A stretch of 63,900 nt of DNA, counting the filler, from Octopus bimaculoides (lineage: Eukaryota), in NCBI RefSeq assembly GCF_001194135.2. It is 8 parts of 6 records of this genome, joined end to end, with 100 filler letters (N's around TTAATTAATTAA, not from the genome) between each part and the next. Parts side by side here need not be neighbours in the genome. Positions count along the whole stretch, not along the records: positions 1 to 25,032 come from NC_068981.1; 7 more parts are not named here. One strand, 5' to 3'. Positions 1-12,378 of the stretch are shown piece after piece. The notes under the pieces were generated by a model that worked only from the letters and a program-made list of their open reading frames with translations, did not search any database and was not told the origin of the DNA. Numbering within the stretch: the stretch's first letter is position 1; each line of letters starts with the position of its first letter. Made by a program: the position numbers and the translations under genes.

Positions 1-116
1 TCAATAATTGATCTTTACAGCCGTATGAGCCCTTGCAGCATCCCTTCTGCTCTTCTGGAAACAGGTTGTTATTTTCCAGGTGTTTACTCACTCTCTGCGA
101 TATTATTGCAGTAAAG

Positions 117-157
<41 letters not shown>

Positions 158-545
158 CATTATCATTTTCTCTTTATCACAGGTTTTGTTGGAGCTCCTT
201 CTGGAGGCTTGCATGCGTAGTCGGCTAACTATCTGCAGTCTACGGTACCATATTGTTCGTTCTTTTCAGCTAATACTTTCCTGATTATTCTGGCCGTGCC
301 AAGGAGGCAAACCTTTTGTAACAGTTCTACTGGGCACTCTATTCCAATGTCTTTGTATTTCTCTTGATACCTTCTGATACTGTTCCCAAGGACTCAAAAT
401 AATTGGCACTACCTTCATCTTCTTCATTTTCCATAGCCGGGCTATTTCGTACTTTAGAGGGTTGTATCTATCAATCTTTTTGCCTTCCTTCTTGACTATT
501 CATGGGTCAAAGGGGCATGCATATCAGACCGGACCTAGTGGTGGT
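117..545 (-). mobile_element. R4/Dong-like non-LTR retrotransposon, decayed 3' end (RLE domain C-terminus) with (TAA)n tail
   Basis: Minus translation ...YACPFDP*IVKKEGKKIDRYNPLKYEIARLWKMKKMKVVPII... resembles the C-terminus of restriction-like-endonuclease LINEs. It runs into (TAA)n at about 117-165. Confidence 0.7.
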
Positions 546-578
546 GGAGAAGGTGCACCACATATGCTAACAACAGCA

Positions 579-579
<1 letters not shown>

Positions 580-640
<61 letters not shown>
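580..640. repeat. (CAA)n microsatellite
   Basis: About 20 perfect CAA units; source of the poly-Q and poly-C pseudo-ORFs. Confidence 0.95.
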
Positions 641-642
<2 letters not shown>

Positions 643-664
643 CGTTTTTACTATAGTACAAGGC

Positions 665-875
665 TTTTCTACTAAAGGCACAAGGCCTGAAATCTGTGGT
701 GAAGGGGACTAGATGATTACATCGATCCCAGTGCTTCACTGGTACTTAATTTATCGACCCCGAAAAGATGAAAGGCAAAGTCGACCTCGGTGGAATTTGA
801 ACTCAGAACGTAGCGACGGGTGAAATACCGCTAAGCATTTCGTCCAGTGTGCTAACGAGTCAGCCACCCTGCCAC
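665..875 (-). mobile_element. tRNA-derived SINE with Deu/Nin-type central domain
   Basis: Minus strand has a Pol III-like head, then GTCGACTTTGCCTTTCATCTTTTCGGGGTCGATAAATTAAGTACCAG, then a tail ending GCCTTGTGCCTTTAGTAGAAAAG. Related copies lie at about 9397, 36313, 36575, 40760 and 41345. Confidence 0.8.
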
Positions 876-884
876 TTTAATCAA

Positions 885-2690
885 TAATAATAATAATGAC
901 AAAAATCTTCATTAACCACAAGGTCTCCAAGAAATACAATGAACTATAAAATTACATCGGCAAAATGACTTACAAATACTTATAAGCAGGATAAAAAATT
1001 AGAGAAAAACAAGGCGTATAAAAAAAGACGTTTTACAATTAAAATGAAGGCAAGTCTAACACTTATGAAAGAAAAGATAATTACACGGCACAAATAGACA
1101 TCAATAATTAAAACAAATAAAACATGGTAGACATTTATGGATCTCGCCTACACACAATATGAAACTGCATTCACGTCTCTGCCCACCAGTAATCGGTTGT
1201 GCTGGAGGCGTGTGCACCAAAAGCATTTTCTGATTTGGGATAGGAAAAAGTACGCCATCAACATAATAAACGTTTTATTTCATAATAAATGTCTTCTTTT
1301 GTTTTAATAACATCCTGTCCTTTGGGTGTCCCTATATTCAATCCCAATTGCTACTCGGTGATCAACATATTCCCGCAAATGCCGATGCATCACCATGTGG
1401 GATCCTGTCGATCCTGCCGATCCTGGTTTGATCTTCGAAAGACGGCATAATACAATACATTGTTCTTCTCGTCATTGTCATCATTGTTGTTGGGAAGAAA
1501 AGCATCATTGTTATTCCGAGAAGGGTTCTCTCCTTTTATTATTTTCCGCTGGTGTTCCCCATCTATTTTTGGAGGACTTCTTTATCCTCCTTCCGTCTGC
1601 GTTCTCACCCGACGGTTTATAAACTTCATTCTGCAACCATCTTTTCCCCAGCGTTAGAAGAGACTGGAGAGATGCCGCTGCTAGTTAGTGTTGAGGGGAC
1701 TGGGATCTGCTGTTGTTGTATCTACTGTAAACTACTATCTTCTTCCATCTCTCCTCAATACTGCCACTGGTCGTAATCAGAGGGAAAAGTCCCTAAGTTC
1801 CAGGTCAGCTCCTGGAAATGAAATTTCGACCGGCGATGCTGTTGCAACGAAGCCTCTGTACCCCTTGCTGTTGTTGATGCTCTTTTTGCTTCTTTTATCG
1901 GTAGTTCTTGCTGCTACATGTATAACAGCCAAGTCTCCTGCTCTGCTTTGCTGTCATTCTTATCGCATTACTTCTCGAGTTGTAGTTTTCAACACTCTTT
2001 TAAAATCTTATCATTGTGTTGTTTTGAAATGTATTCATTCATCTCACTGTTATTTCTTATAACAACGGCGAAGTTGATGGAGTTTGGCTGTTTTTGCTGA
2101 TGTTAGTGCTGCTGTTATTGCTACTGTTTAATTACTTCGTTTGTGTTTGTGTGATTGTGGATTTGGCTATTGTTGTGAATTTGGGTACAGTTGTTGTCTT
2201 CGTGGTTGTGCTATGATTAAGGTGACTGCTTTCAGGATTTTGTAGCTCCATCTTTCTGTCTCCTCTTCCTCCTCATTATTTGACGAGAAATCGGAAGAGA
2301 AGTTGGTTGATGCATGTGTATTTATCTGTCTGATCTTGTTTTGAAGGTGATGACAGTAACCCCTTCACTTCCTTGGTTGTAGTTTGGATATTTCGCGTCA
2401 TTGCTGTTCATGCTGCCACTGACGTTTATGTTGTCGCTGTTACTACTTCTGTTGCTGTTGTGGCTGTTATTATTCATCTTGTGGTAGTCATCATCGTGAA
2501 ATTATCAGTAAGTCTCTCTGCTCGCGGACTGATAGTTTGGTGCGAGCGTAAGTGTAACACCTGGTCCTTTTTTCTTCTTTTGTAACTCTTATTGGTACCC
2601 ACTCTCCAAGTAAGCGGGGCTGGAGATCTACTGCATGCGTTCCACAGTGAGCAGCGTGTGTACTTCTATTCTGAGCTCTGCAGAATTCTG
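885..2690 (-). mobile_element. Decayed Tx1/L1-type ORF1-like element with 3' UTR and (TTA)n tail; no ORF2 seen
   Basis: Low-complexity N-terminal region, then an RRM-like stretch weakly alignable to ORF1 at 23871-24137, then a KCFWC..H knuckle, then a T-rich 3' UTR ending CCTTGTGGTTAATGAA before (TTA)n. Confidence 0.4.
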
Positions 2691-2850
2691 AAAGGAGTCC
2701 AGTTTATGCCGATAGCAAAGGGGAACAATTTTGAACATAATTTCTGTTGAGTTTGAATTTTCACTTGACTTAGGTTAAAACTATCATGCTGATTTCAAAA
2801 CTACTGTCAGTTTTCTTCTATCATGTCAATTTTTTTTTTCTACATCTTAC

Positions 2851-3038
2851 TTTCTGAATAAGCACAATTGCATTGTTCGTCCGTATGTAATGGGGCTTGG
2901 CAGCTGCTTTTATTATTTTATTGATAACACTGGAGAACATATTCGAAAAAACTTGCAGACAAATTCCACAAATAAGAAACATGTATGATGCCAAAGACCA
3001 CAGAAATGTGTTGTTTATAAAAATCATGACATTTAAAA
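2851..3038 (-). CDS. Candidate internal exon (188 nt) of an unidentified membrane protein
   Basis: Acceptor ctttcattattttcaatctaaccAG and donor AAA|GTAAGA enclose the open frame LNVMIFINNTFLWSLASYMFLICGICLQVFSNMFSSVINKIIKAAAKPHYIRTNNAIVLIQK (phase 1 to 0). Confidence 0.5.
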
Positions 3039-4289
3039 CTGGTTAGATTGAAAATAATGAAAGTTGCTCAAGTTTGATGTTTTTTATTTACTGAAAATAC
3101 TTAAATCATGACTTTTTTTTTTCATTTTTGTAGTTGACGTAAAATTAATGAAGCGAATGTCATCTATCCCCAACCTTGATCTCTGACATCATCCGACAAA
3201 TTCCACCAAGATGACGTGAATCAGCCAAGCTTTATCTGCTAGAAATAGCAATCTAAATGCTTTTAAATCAGATCCCAATGCTGGATGTTCAAGAACCAAA
3301 TGAAAGGCAGATTTTCAATCTCGGGGCCATCCTGATTCCAAATGGTATAATATGTCTATGTAAAGCTTAATGTAGGTTGAGATATAGGGGTCCCAGATGG
3401 ACAGACAGAATTTCGCTTTTATTACTACAGATGATATTGAAAGACTATGTTTTCAAAGTTATGTCAAGCTCCTTGCATGGGTCTGCATTAAGTTCAGCCA
3501 AATCTATCCTTCAAAATGATAGCGAAATTCTTTTTTTCGATAGTGACAAACAGGTTGCTGTCTGCCAGTAGAGAGAGAAAGAGTAAGGAATGCACGATGT
3601 TGACTAGAAAGGAAGAAAGGATAAAGGTGGCTCTGCTCTGATTGACTGTCTGCAAATAAGTTCATTACTGGGGTCCGGAACTCTCGCGGGAAATAATTTC
3701 GTGAACTGGAAGAAAAGGACTTATGAAAGTGTGCCAATAATAATAAAAACCGTTATTTGTAAACAATGAATGAATTGATACCAGAGCTACTTATCTAAAT
3801 TGGATGTGACTTTCCTTTCCTGGCAACAAAGTTTAAACGTGGCATAATAACTTCAACTTTGTAACTTGTATAGATAGAGGATAGGTTCCTTGTGATATCA
3901 AGAGTTGCTGTCAGGCACTTAAAAATCACGATGCTATGATGATATTGTATAAAACAGTATTCATTTTGTTGACTTAAGTCTGCTGACAATATTTACAAGT
4001 AGCGACTATACTACTTGAAAACAAACAGTAAACTTAATTGTTGATTCTAAATGCTTTAAAGTGTGTTGGTCGTATGTTTTATGGAGATAGACAAATCTAT
4101 ACACTCGTCATAGTAAACAAGAAATATGAATGCCAAACATTCATTTTCCTTTTCTAGTATAAAGTGAAAAATTAAATCGTTTACTTCATTCATATTTGGT
4201 TGAGTTAATTGACATAACATACACTCAACGTTCTCTTCATATCGGTTTACGCTTGATCCAGAACTGCAGCTCAGTCAAAGAGAGTTGTG

Positions 4290-5432
4290 GAAAATCTTGT
4301 CTGACAAAAGACGACAGCACCTGTTCACCGTCAAGGAAGCGCTGAAGATGTCGCCGCCTCAGTGCATGTCTGCGCATCAGCATCCACAGCATGCCCAGCC
4401 CTCCATTCAGCGGGTGTTGACAGCAAATGGAGGGCCTGACCAGTGGAACGCGACCCTTTCACAGAAAGTAGAAGAGTATGCACTCCAGTTTGGTCAGATG
4501 TAAACTGGGACAAGGCACGACAGTCAAGCGGTAACATATAATGGAGGCGATGTAAGCATCCACCTCTGCCCGAACTTTCAGGGATAGCTTTTTCCCGGCC
4601 CATTTCTGGATGATTGGCTACACTGCTCGTCACCTCGTACCAGTTCTTTTTCTGCTGAAAATCCGGACCAAACCAGACCCCTAGCAATTTAACCGGTCAC
4701 TCTGTCCAGCGTCCAACCACGTTATTGGACGGTATGGACCTGACTCTTTAGGTGCCAAGTTGCGGGCCATTGACTTTCATGGTTAATTTTTGCGCCTGTC
4801 ATTGCATCTGCCTCGTATTCTTTTAGAGCAGTGCGGACTAGGTCTTTGTACCTAGTGTTCGACACCATGACTGTGATGTCGTCTGCGTATGTCGACACAG
4901 TTCTCCCACGTCCTATTTTGCATGGGATGCCTCTCAACGCCTCCAATTTCCGCAGTAGTGGCTCTACAGCCAGTACATACAGAAGAGTCGAGAGCGAACA
5001 CTCTTGATGGCCCGAAGGCATGATGCTGAATGGTTCTGATGCACATTTACCCGAACTTCCGAGCAGATGTCACTGTACATTGCAGCGATCCTGTTACGGA
5101 AAAAGCGGGACTGAAGCTGGCAGCCGCGAGAGCGGCCCCAAGTGGTCGACCCATCGTGGTCGACTCATCGAAAGCTTTAGATTGAACCAAATTGATTAGG
5201 ACCCTACCAATGTTATCCTCTTTACCCACCCTATTTATGATGTATCGCATGAAGTGGAACCTGTCGTGGATGAATCTGTTTGTGGTGGAGCATATTTGCA
5301 CATTATCATCAATTCCTCGACGACATGTGCCAATCTTTTTGCTAACACCTTGGCCAAAATTTTGAAATTTGCACTCAGCAGCATTATGGGCCTAAAATTT
5401 TCTATTTGATCCCCCTTGTTTTAACACTTTTA
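4290..5432 (-). mobile_element. Tx1/L1-clade reverse transcriptase fragment (frameshifted)
   Basis: NFRPIMLLSANFKILAKVLAKRL, QSKAFD, LYVLAVEPLLRKL, YADDITV and LGVWFG motifs; homologous to 21379-22468. Confidence 0.9.
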
Positions 5433-5539
5433 ATTTGAAAAAAATTTCTCTCTTCATTTTTTGAAACAATATTCCTACCTCTATTTAGAGTTCCTGCATT
5501 AAAAATAAAATTTTCTCTGAAGCTTCAGCTGGTAAAAGC

Positions 5540-6290
5540 TAAATGAAACGCCCGTAATAGGTGAAAGTAAAAGCCAGTAGTGACTCAAAAAACCTGGGTT
5601 GAAAGTAGAAATAAAAGGTCTGATACGAGTTGCACTAGAACGCTGCATAGCCGTAAACAACTATAAGACTAAAATAGTTGGGACATCTAGACGATGCAGC
5701 TAGTTGAATGAAACGGTTAACAAAATAGTCTTCGATTGCCCAGGCCTTGTACAATCCGAATTTATACTCAGACACGACACGATCTAATCAGTTTCTATGA
5801 TAACTAGACAAGATGCCAACATTTCGATATAAAATTGGACGAGAAAGTGTACAGACGCAAATCAATCACCGTAAATGACAATGGCCTTGATACAATAATT
5901 TGGAATATACCAAAATGACAAGATCAAGTTTAAACATTCAGCTGGAAAGATAATAAATACATGCTGATAGACATCGTGATCTCCTTTGAGGAAAGAATTG
6001 TACGAAAGAAATTGAAGAAACTATACAAGTATAAGAACACTGAAATTGAAATAAACTGATGTCAAATATGAAAGTAAAAGCACCACAAGTAATGATTAGA
6101 GCAATAGATATGAGCCAAAAAATATGAGCAAAAATATATGAACCATATCAGGACTCAAAACGTTACACAGTCAAAATGTAACTCCCACTGGTAAGAAGAT
6201 AGCTTTTAAAATGGATAGCAGAACCTTAAAGCGTTACTTTGGTATAATGGTAACATATCTGTCATGTCTAAAGAACATTCAGGATCGAAT
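5540..6290 (+). mobile_element. R4/Dong-like LINE fragment (zinc-finger and RLE region), decayed
   Basis: Translation GLIRVALERCIAVNNYKTKIV...ETVNKIVFDCPGLVQSEFILRHD...MLIDIVIS...K, broken by stops. Confidence 0.65.
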
Positions 6291-6496
6291 CGCACGACCA
6301 GCCTTTAACAATTTTTTTTTACATTTAATTTGTTTTTTACCAAAATTCTACGTGCTTTTATTTATGGCTTCATAGGCTTCGAGTTCCACCATTAACAATA
6401 AAATAAAATAAACGATTTATTTCATATATACATACTTGCATAATTTAATTGACCGAACAAGTGAAAACTAATGTCAGGAATTCCATCTGAGATTTG

Positions 6497-6641
6497 TATG
6501 TATGTATGTATGTATGTATGTATGTATGTATGTATGTATGTATGCATGTATATATGTATGCATGTATGCATGCATGCATTTATGTATGTATGTATGTATA
6601 TATGTATGTATGCATGTATGTATGTATCCATCCATCCATGC

Positions 6642-6683
<42 letters not shown>

Positions 6684-6685
6684 AC
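6497..6685. repeat. Compound (TATG)n/(TCTA)n microsatellite
   Basis: Read directly; source of the MYVC and IYLS pseudo-ORFs. Confidence 0.95.
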
Positions 6686-7068
6686 ACGCACGCGTATATA
6701 TATCTAGTTACAAAGAGAAAAATCTTCATGTAGTTTATATGCAGCAAATCTTTTCGTGCAAATCTTTTCGTCCACCCATCTTCAAGTTGCACTCACGAGA
6801 GGAATTGAAGTCAGCACTGCAAACCAAAGTGACATTCATCAGTTACATAGTATTGTCACTGCTATACCCGAGCCATCTAGTAGCTAGTCTCTACGAGGTC
6901 ACCCCAGATGCCAGAAATATCAACCATATATCCTTCTACTTACACTCACCTTCTAAAAAACATAAAATAAAACAGGTGGATGCATTGGAGTATGTAGTCC
7001 TAGATAGGCCATGCCTCAAAACGATGGGATAATCCCCTCGATCACAATAGCAATTAATGAGAAAATTA

Positions 7069-7274
7069 CGAGGGGATGCTGAAAAGTTCCTGGCTTTGGG
7101 TAAAAGAAAATACAGGAGGATCAGTTAATTATGATTTTATTGAACATATTCCCCTCTCAGATTCACACACTTATTGCAACGGTTCTAAGTCCTCTAAAAG
7201 AACTCGGAATGTTGGACCTCCAACCAGGCATTTCGTGACACCCTTCAAGCCAGGAACTTTTCAGCACTCTCTCG
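7069..7274 (-). mobile_element. Mariner-derived MITE
   Basis: TIRs CGAGGGGATGCTGAAAAGTTCCTGGCTT / AAGCCAGGAACTTTTCAGCACTCTCTCG, TA on both flanks; second copy at 12162-12378. Confidence 0.85.
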
Positions 7275-8036
7275 TATTCTGAATGGAAATATCAAGTCAA
7301 GATTTCCTTCCTATGAAACGTGAGAAGAGAATACCGTAGAATAGTGTCTTGCTCAGAGAAGTTTGTGCCTAATTCGCAAAAGGCCACAGAAACCAGAAAT
7401 AAGCACAAAACGCAGGGATCTAAGTGATACAGAAAACAGATAGATTAGTTTGGATTAGTTAGATAGTGTTACTGAGATTTGATAAAGGAATATTCGGCTT
7501 CAAATCAAGTCTCTCAACTACGAACATTAGCCAAATGTTAGAAACAAATAACGAGCCAATTAAGGAGATTCCCAGTAGCGTAGCTAGGGTGAGGGTGATG
7601 GAGGCGACACTGTTATGGGGCGATAGTTTTGCTGCAAGTCGACGCAGTATATAGTATAAAAATGTTCTGTAAACATTCAAACATCGTCACTGTTTTTCCA
7701 AATCCTGCTGCATTTCACATGGAATTTTTGACCCTCTAAAGTCGTCTTCATGTATAAGTCGACGAACCTTCTTTGGTTGTAAATTATGGTTCGAAAAATT
7801 TGACTTGTATGCCAGAAAATACAGCAAGCCTATTGAGGGGGTGGGGGGAAGGTGTGTGTGGAAAACTCAAAAGCTTACCCCGAGCGGCACACTCTAGCCA
7901 CGCCATCGACGACTTCATGTAATCAATCGACTCGTTAGAAATAACAGCAAAATTCTTTCTTATTTATTGAGACGTACTGGATAACATTATTTATAAAATG
8001 GGGTTGTCATGGCTAAAGTTTTTGAACATAGCTCTA

Positions 8037-8294
8037 CAGTTGGGGTTCTCAACCGGGGTCCATATGGCCCCTGGGAATCCATATGAGATCTTGTTAAAAT
8101 TGATGTGCAATAAATTGCTTATACTTCTACAATACACAAAATGTTTTAATTAATTTTATACAATTCCTTATAATATTCAATTATAAAAATACAGTAACAT
8201 TCATTTTTCTACAGTAAATGTCTATGCAGATCCAGTAGAGTAAAATAATAATCAAAAAGGTCCATAGGCAAAGAAAAATGGTTGAGAAACATTG
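8037..8294. mobile_element. hAT-like MITE
   Basis: Ends CAGTTGGGGTTCTCAACC...GGTTGAGAAACATTG; relatives at 60189-61517 and 62495-62848. Confidence 0.65.
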
Positions 8295-9191
8295 CTTTAC
8301 AGCATCAGGGCTATGCAGGCTTTAGCAACAATTATACCGGTAAGACTAACAGTAAACACATATAGACATCAAAATATGGAACAATAAAACTGATGTATGA
8401 TATCATATGTGTATTTGGCTTCAATAATGTAAACCATGTTTCCTCGTTTCAGATTATGCTAAAGCAAAAATTAAAACATACATTGATGTGTTTAAAAAAG
8501 AAAAAAGAAAATCATTTCCTCTGTTAACTCTTTTAGTTGAATTACGCTGTCTGTAATTCAATTAACTTTAAGAAGAATGAAGACTTTATTAAGATAACTT
8601 AACTGTTATTAAGCTGATAAGTTCAACAGAAGGTTTTCGTTTAGACCAGTTTAAAACGGAATTTGTATCGTAAAACTAGAGGCAATCTCAGACGGGTTGG
8701 TCTCAAAAGGGTTCAGCAAAATGCAGGTGCTGCGGCTGCGTTTACGCAGAGAAGAATTAACCAATTAAATCAGAAAGACTTAATTCAATAAACTTCATTT
8801 CAGTTTACGAAATCAAAATAAGATGATGGTAAGCACACACACGTATAAACAATATGACTCATTTTATGCGTTTCCTCCAACTATTAGTAACAAACACACT
8901 ACTCGTCATTTCTCAACGTCAGTACACATATGTTCACACTCATGCATATACACACATACATACATGTATATGTATTCATACATATATGCATAAATACAAA
9001 TATACATACATACATACAGGCCTGACGTTGCTGTGTGGTAAGAAGTTTGCTTCCCAACCATATGCTTGGGAAAAATGTCCCCTTTGGCAAGTGTCTTCTA
9101 CTACAGCCTCAGGGCCACTAAAGCCTTATTAGTGGATATGATAGACGGAAACTGGAAGAAGTCCGTCGTATGTGTGTATACATTATATATA

Positions 9192-9245
<54 letters not shown>

Positions 9246-10011
9246 NNNNNNNNNNNNNNNNNNNNNNNNNNNNNNNNNNNNNNNNNNNNNNNNNNNNNNN
9301 NNNNNNNNNNNNNNNNNNNNNNNNNNNNNNNNNNNNNNNNNNNNNNNNNNNNNNNNNNNNNNNNNNNNNNNNNNNNNNNNNNNNNNNNNNNNNNNNTAGG
9401 GGAGGGTCGATTACATCACCCCAGTGCTCAACAAACACTTATTTCATTAACCCTGAAAGGATGAAAGGCAAAGTCGACCTCAGCGGAATTTGAACTCAAC
9501 GTAGAGTTGGACGAAATGCTCTTGATCATTTTGTCCGGCGTGCTAATGATTTTGCCATCTTTATACACCCACCCTTGAGTCTTGGGAGGGTCATTATGCC
9601 AACAATAAGAATATTGTAGAACGGAACTTTTCATAGATTGGAATTTAAATCCTAATCTTTATAGAAATTTATTGTTTCAAGAAAACATTGAATTTGAATT
9701 AGTTTTAATTTTTATGATTATAGATAACAACTCGGGCTGTAACTTTTGAGCTCGAGTCAGGCGTGTGTGAACGATGCCGAGAGAACGTCTGACGCGAATG
9801 ATATTTTTTGACACAGGACACCTCTAAGGCGACCGCTAGATGCTGAACGAAAATATATGAGATGCGACCAGGCTCAACAAAAGGAGCCCGAGTTATTGAC
9901 TGCAATTACATACTTGAAGTCAGTGTTGGGAGAAATTAAATCGACATGCAAATACACGTTCACTTTACTAAATTTATACTCGGGCTGTCGGAGTCGCCAC
10001 TGATATATTTA

Positions 10012-10530
10012 TAGGCGCAGAAGTGGCTGTGTGGTAAGAAGCTTGCTTTCCAACCACATGGTTCTGGGTTCAGTCCCTCTGCGTGGTACCTTGAGCAAGT
10101 GCCTTCTACTATAGCTTCGGGCCGACCAAAGCTTTGTGAGTGGATTTGGTAGATGGAAACTGAAAGAAGCCCGTCGTATACATATATATANNNNNNNNNN
10201 NNNNNNNNNNNNNNNNNNNNNNNNNNNNNNNNNNNNNNNNNNNNNNNNNNNNNNNNNNNNNNNNNNNNNNNNNNNNNNNNNNNNNNNNNNNNNNNNNNNN
10301 NNNNNNNNNNNNNNNNNNNNNNNNNNNNNNNNNNNNNNNNNNNNNNNNNNNNNNNNNNNNNNNNNNNNNNNNNNNNNNNNNNNNNNNNNNNNNNNNNNNN
10401 NNNNNNNNNNNNNNNNNNNNNNNNACTAGGCTTACAAAGAATAAGTCTTGGGGTCGATTTGTTCGACTAAAGGCGGTGCTCCAGCATGGCAGCAGTCAAA
10501 TGACTGAAACAAGTAAAAGAATAAAAGAAT
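10012..10530 (+). mobile_element. tRNA-derived CORE-like SINE with internal microsatellite (gap inside)
   Basis: Head ATAGGCGCAG..TGGCTGTGTGGT (A box), GGTTCAGTCC (B box), CCTTGAGCAAGTG; tail GGCGGTGCTCCAGCATGG..GACTGAAACAAGTAAAAG. Confidence 0.85.
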
Positions 10531-10545
10531 ATATATATTTATATA

Positions 10546-11895
10546 CTCGGTTTGGTTTCAGTTCAAAGACTGCGGCTATGCTGGGGCACCGCCATTTACT
10601 TTGCGATACCTTCACTTAACCTCTGATAGGTGACATTTGGTGGATGAGGGAGTTTGACGTTGCTGCCCTCATCTGTGTTTCGTGTTTTGAGATTGGTTCA
10701 TCTGGAACTTTTGACAGAAGGAGATCTAGTTTTGTTTTGAAAAAACCTACATCCACGCCATGCAGGTCTCTCAAGCTTTGTAGGAGGATACTGAAGAGTT
10801 GTGGGTCTTCAAAGCCCAAGCTGTTGCAGTATCTGGTTCTGTATCCTGATGGCAATGTTGGGTCTTTTGGCACTATGCAGTGATATGCCACATTGTGTCG
10901 ATCTTCTTTGTGTAGCTTCGCTGGATTGCCTCGAGTTCCTTCGATAATTTTACACTATTTGGTGACCACAGCTGGGAGCAGTAATCCAGACGGCTGAGAA
11001 CGAAAGTCCTCCAGAGGACCATCATAGTTTCCTTTTCTCTTGTTTTGAAAGTTCGAAGGAGCCATCTGGCAAAGCGTCTGCGTTTTATTGTCAACTGGTA
11101 ATGTGCACCTGGAAAGATGCATTATTACTCAAGTCGAGGCCCAGGCCATGCACTGATTTTGATTCAGGGATTGCAATCCCTCCTGGGTCAGTGTATTCTA
11201 TCTGCTTTTCATTGAACTTCTTATGTTGGTAGCGCAGTGCTTGGAATTTTCCAGTATCAAACTGCACGTTATTTTCCTCAGCCCACCTGTACATTGCTAC
11301 CATATCACGTTGTAGATGCACGACGTCTCCTGGGTTCTGTATTCTCTGAGAGACTTTTGTGTCGTCTGCATAGCTAGCAAGGGTGGCTACTTGAGAAACC
11401 GAGGGCATGTCAGAAAGGGTCACTATGAATAGCTGCGACCCCAGGACAGTGCCCCGTGCAACACCACTCATTATTTATTTTTCCTTGGAGGTGATCCTAT
11501 TGACCACCACTACCTGACTTCTATCTTTTAGAAAGTCATGTAACCATTCTCCAAGTTTTCCAACCACGCCAAGATTATGCAGCTTGTGACAAATAATACC
11601 ATGGCCGACTTTGTCAAAGACTTTTGCGAAGTCGAAGTATATCACGTCCACATTTGAGTTGTTGAGCAGTTGCTTTAGCGCCCAGTCGTAATGCTGCAAG
11701 AGCTGTATCAGGCAGCTTCTACCTGGTCGGAAACCATGTCGGGTGTCAATCGGCAAGTCATTCTCTTCAAGGAATGCAATTAATTTCCTTCGGACTATTC
11801 GTTCCATGACTTTGTTGATTTGTGAGGTCAGAGAGATAGGTCTATAGATCTTAGCATCTGCTCTGCTTCCTCCTTTATGGATTGGGCATATTATA
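10546..11895 (-). mobile_element. 5'-truncated CR1-type LINE: RT domain, ORF2 C-terminus and 3' UTR
   Basis: PIHKGGSR..YRPISLTS, HGFRPGRSC, DFAKVFDKV, GVARGTVLG, YADDTK and SRLDYCSQLWSP motifs; ORF2 stop at 10616. Confidence 0.9.
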
Positions 11896-12161
11896 TGGAT
11901 GTTTCTATGTATATGTAAGTATGCATACATTTATACTGCAGTATCAAGGTTAATCTGGGTTACAAATAAAGAGCCATTCATCAATCATGAGCAAGTATAA
12001 CTATATGATACATATCACGCATTCACGAATTATTCCAGGTGCTTATAAGATTGTGAGAGGACTTAGAAACCTTCACGACTCACATACTTTGTTCCAGTAA
12101 AAGTTCGTGGACGTCACAGCTGGTGGCAGAGAGGATTTCCCCATAGACTAGCTGGCGCCCA

Positions 12162-12378
12162 CGAAGAGGTGCTAAAAAGTTTCTAGCTTTAAGGGTATCG
12201 CAGAATTTCCGGCTGGAAGCCTAACCTTCCGAGTTCTTTTACTAGGCTTAGAAAAACTGAAGGACCGCTGCAATAAGTGTGTGGACCTGAGGGGAGAATA
12301 TGTTGAATATAATCATAATTAACCGATCCACCTGTATTTTCTTTTACCCAAAGTCAAGAACTTTTTAGCTCCTCCTCG
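12162..12378 (+). mobile_element. Mariner-derived MITE retaining the transposase C-terminus
   Basis: Same TIR family as 7069-7274; internal frame LGLEKLKDRCNKCVDLRGEYVEY resembles the mariner C-terminal motif. Confidence 0.8.

Noticed and set aside
6797-6960. Minus-strand acceptor followed by AAG|GTGAGT and a second donor
   Set aside because: All frames are closed for the long version, and a 3-nt micro-exon cannot be supported from sequence alone.
6422-7032. Long ORFs such as MYVCMYVC, IYLS, HTHT and all X-rich ORFs
   Set aside because: They are translations of microsatellites and N gaps.
8804-8828. 25-nt micro-exon (ttcatttcAG..ATG|GTAAGC)
   Set aside because: The splice signals are good, but it is too short to distinguish from chance without RNA data.
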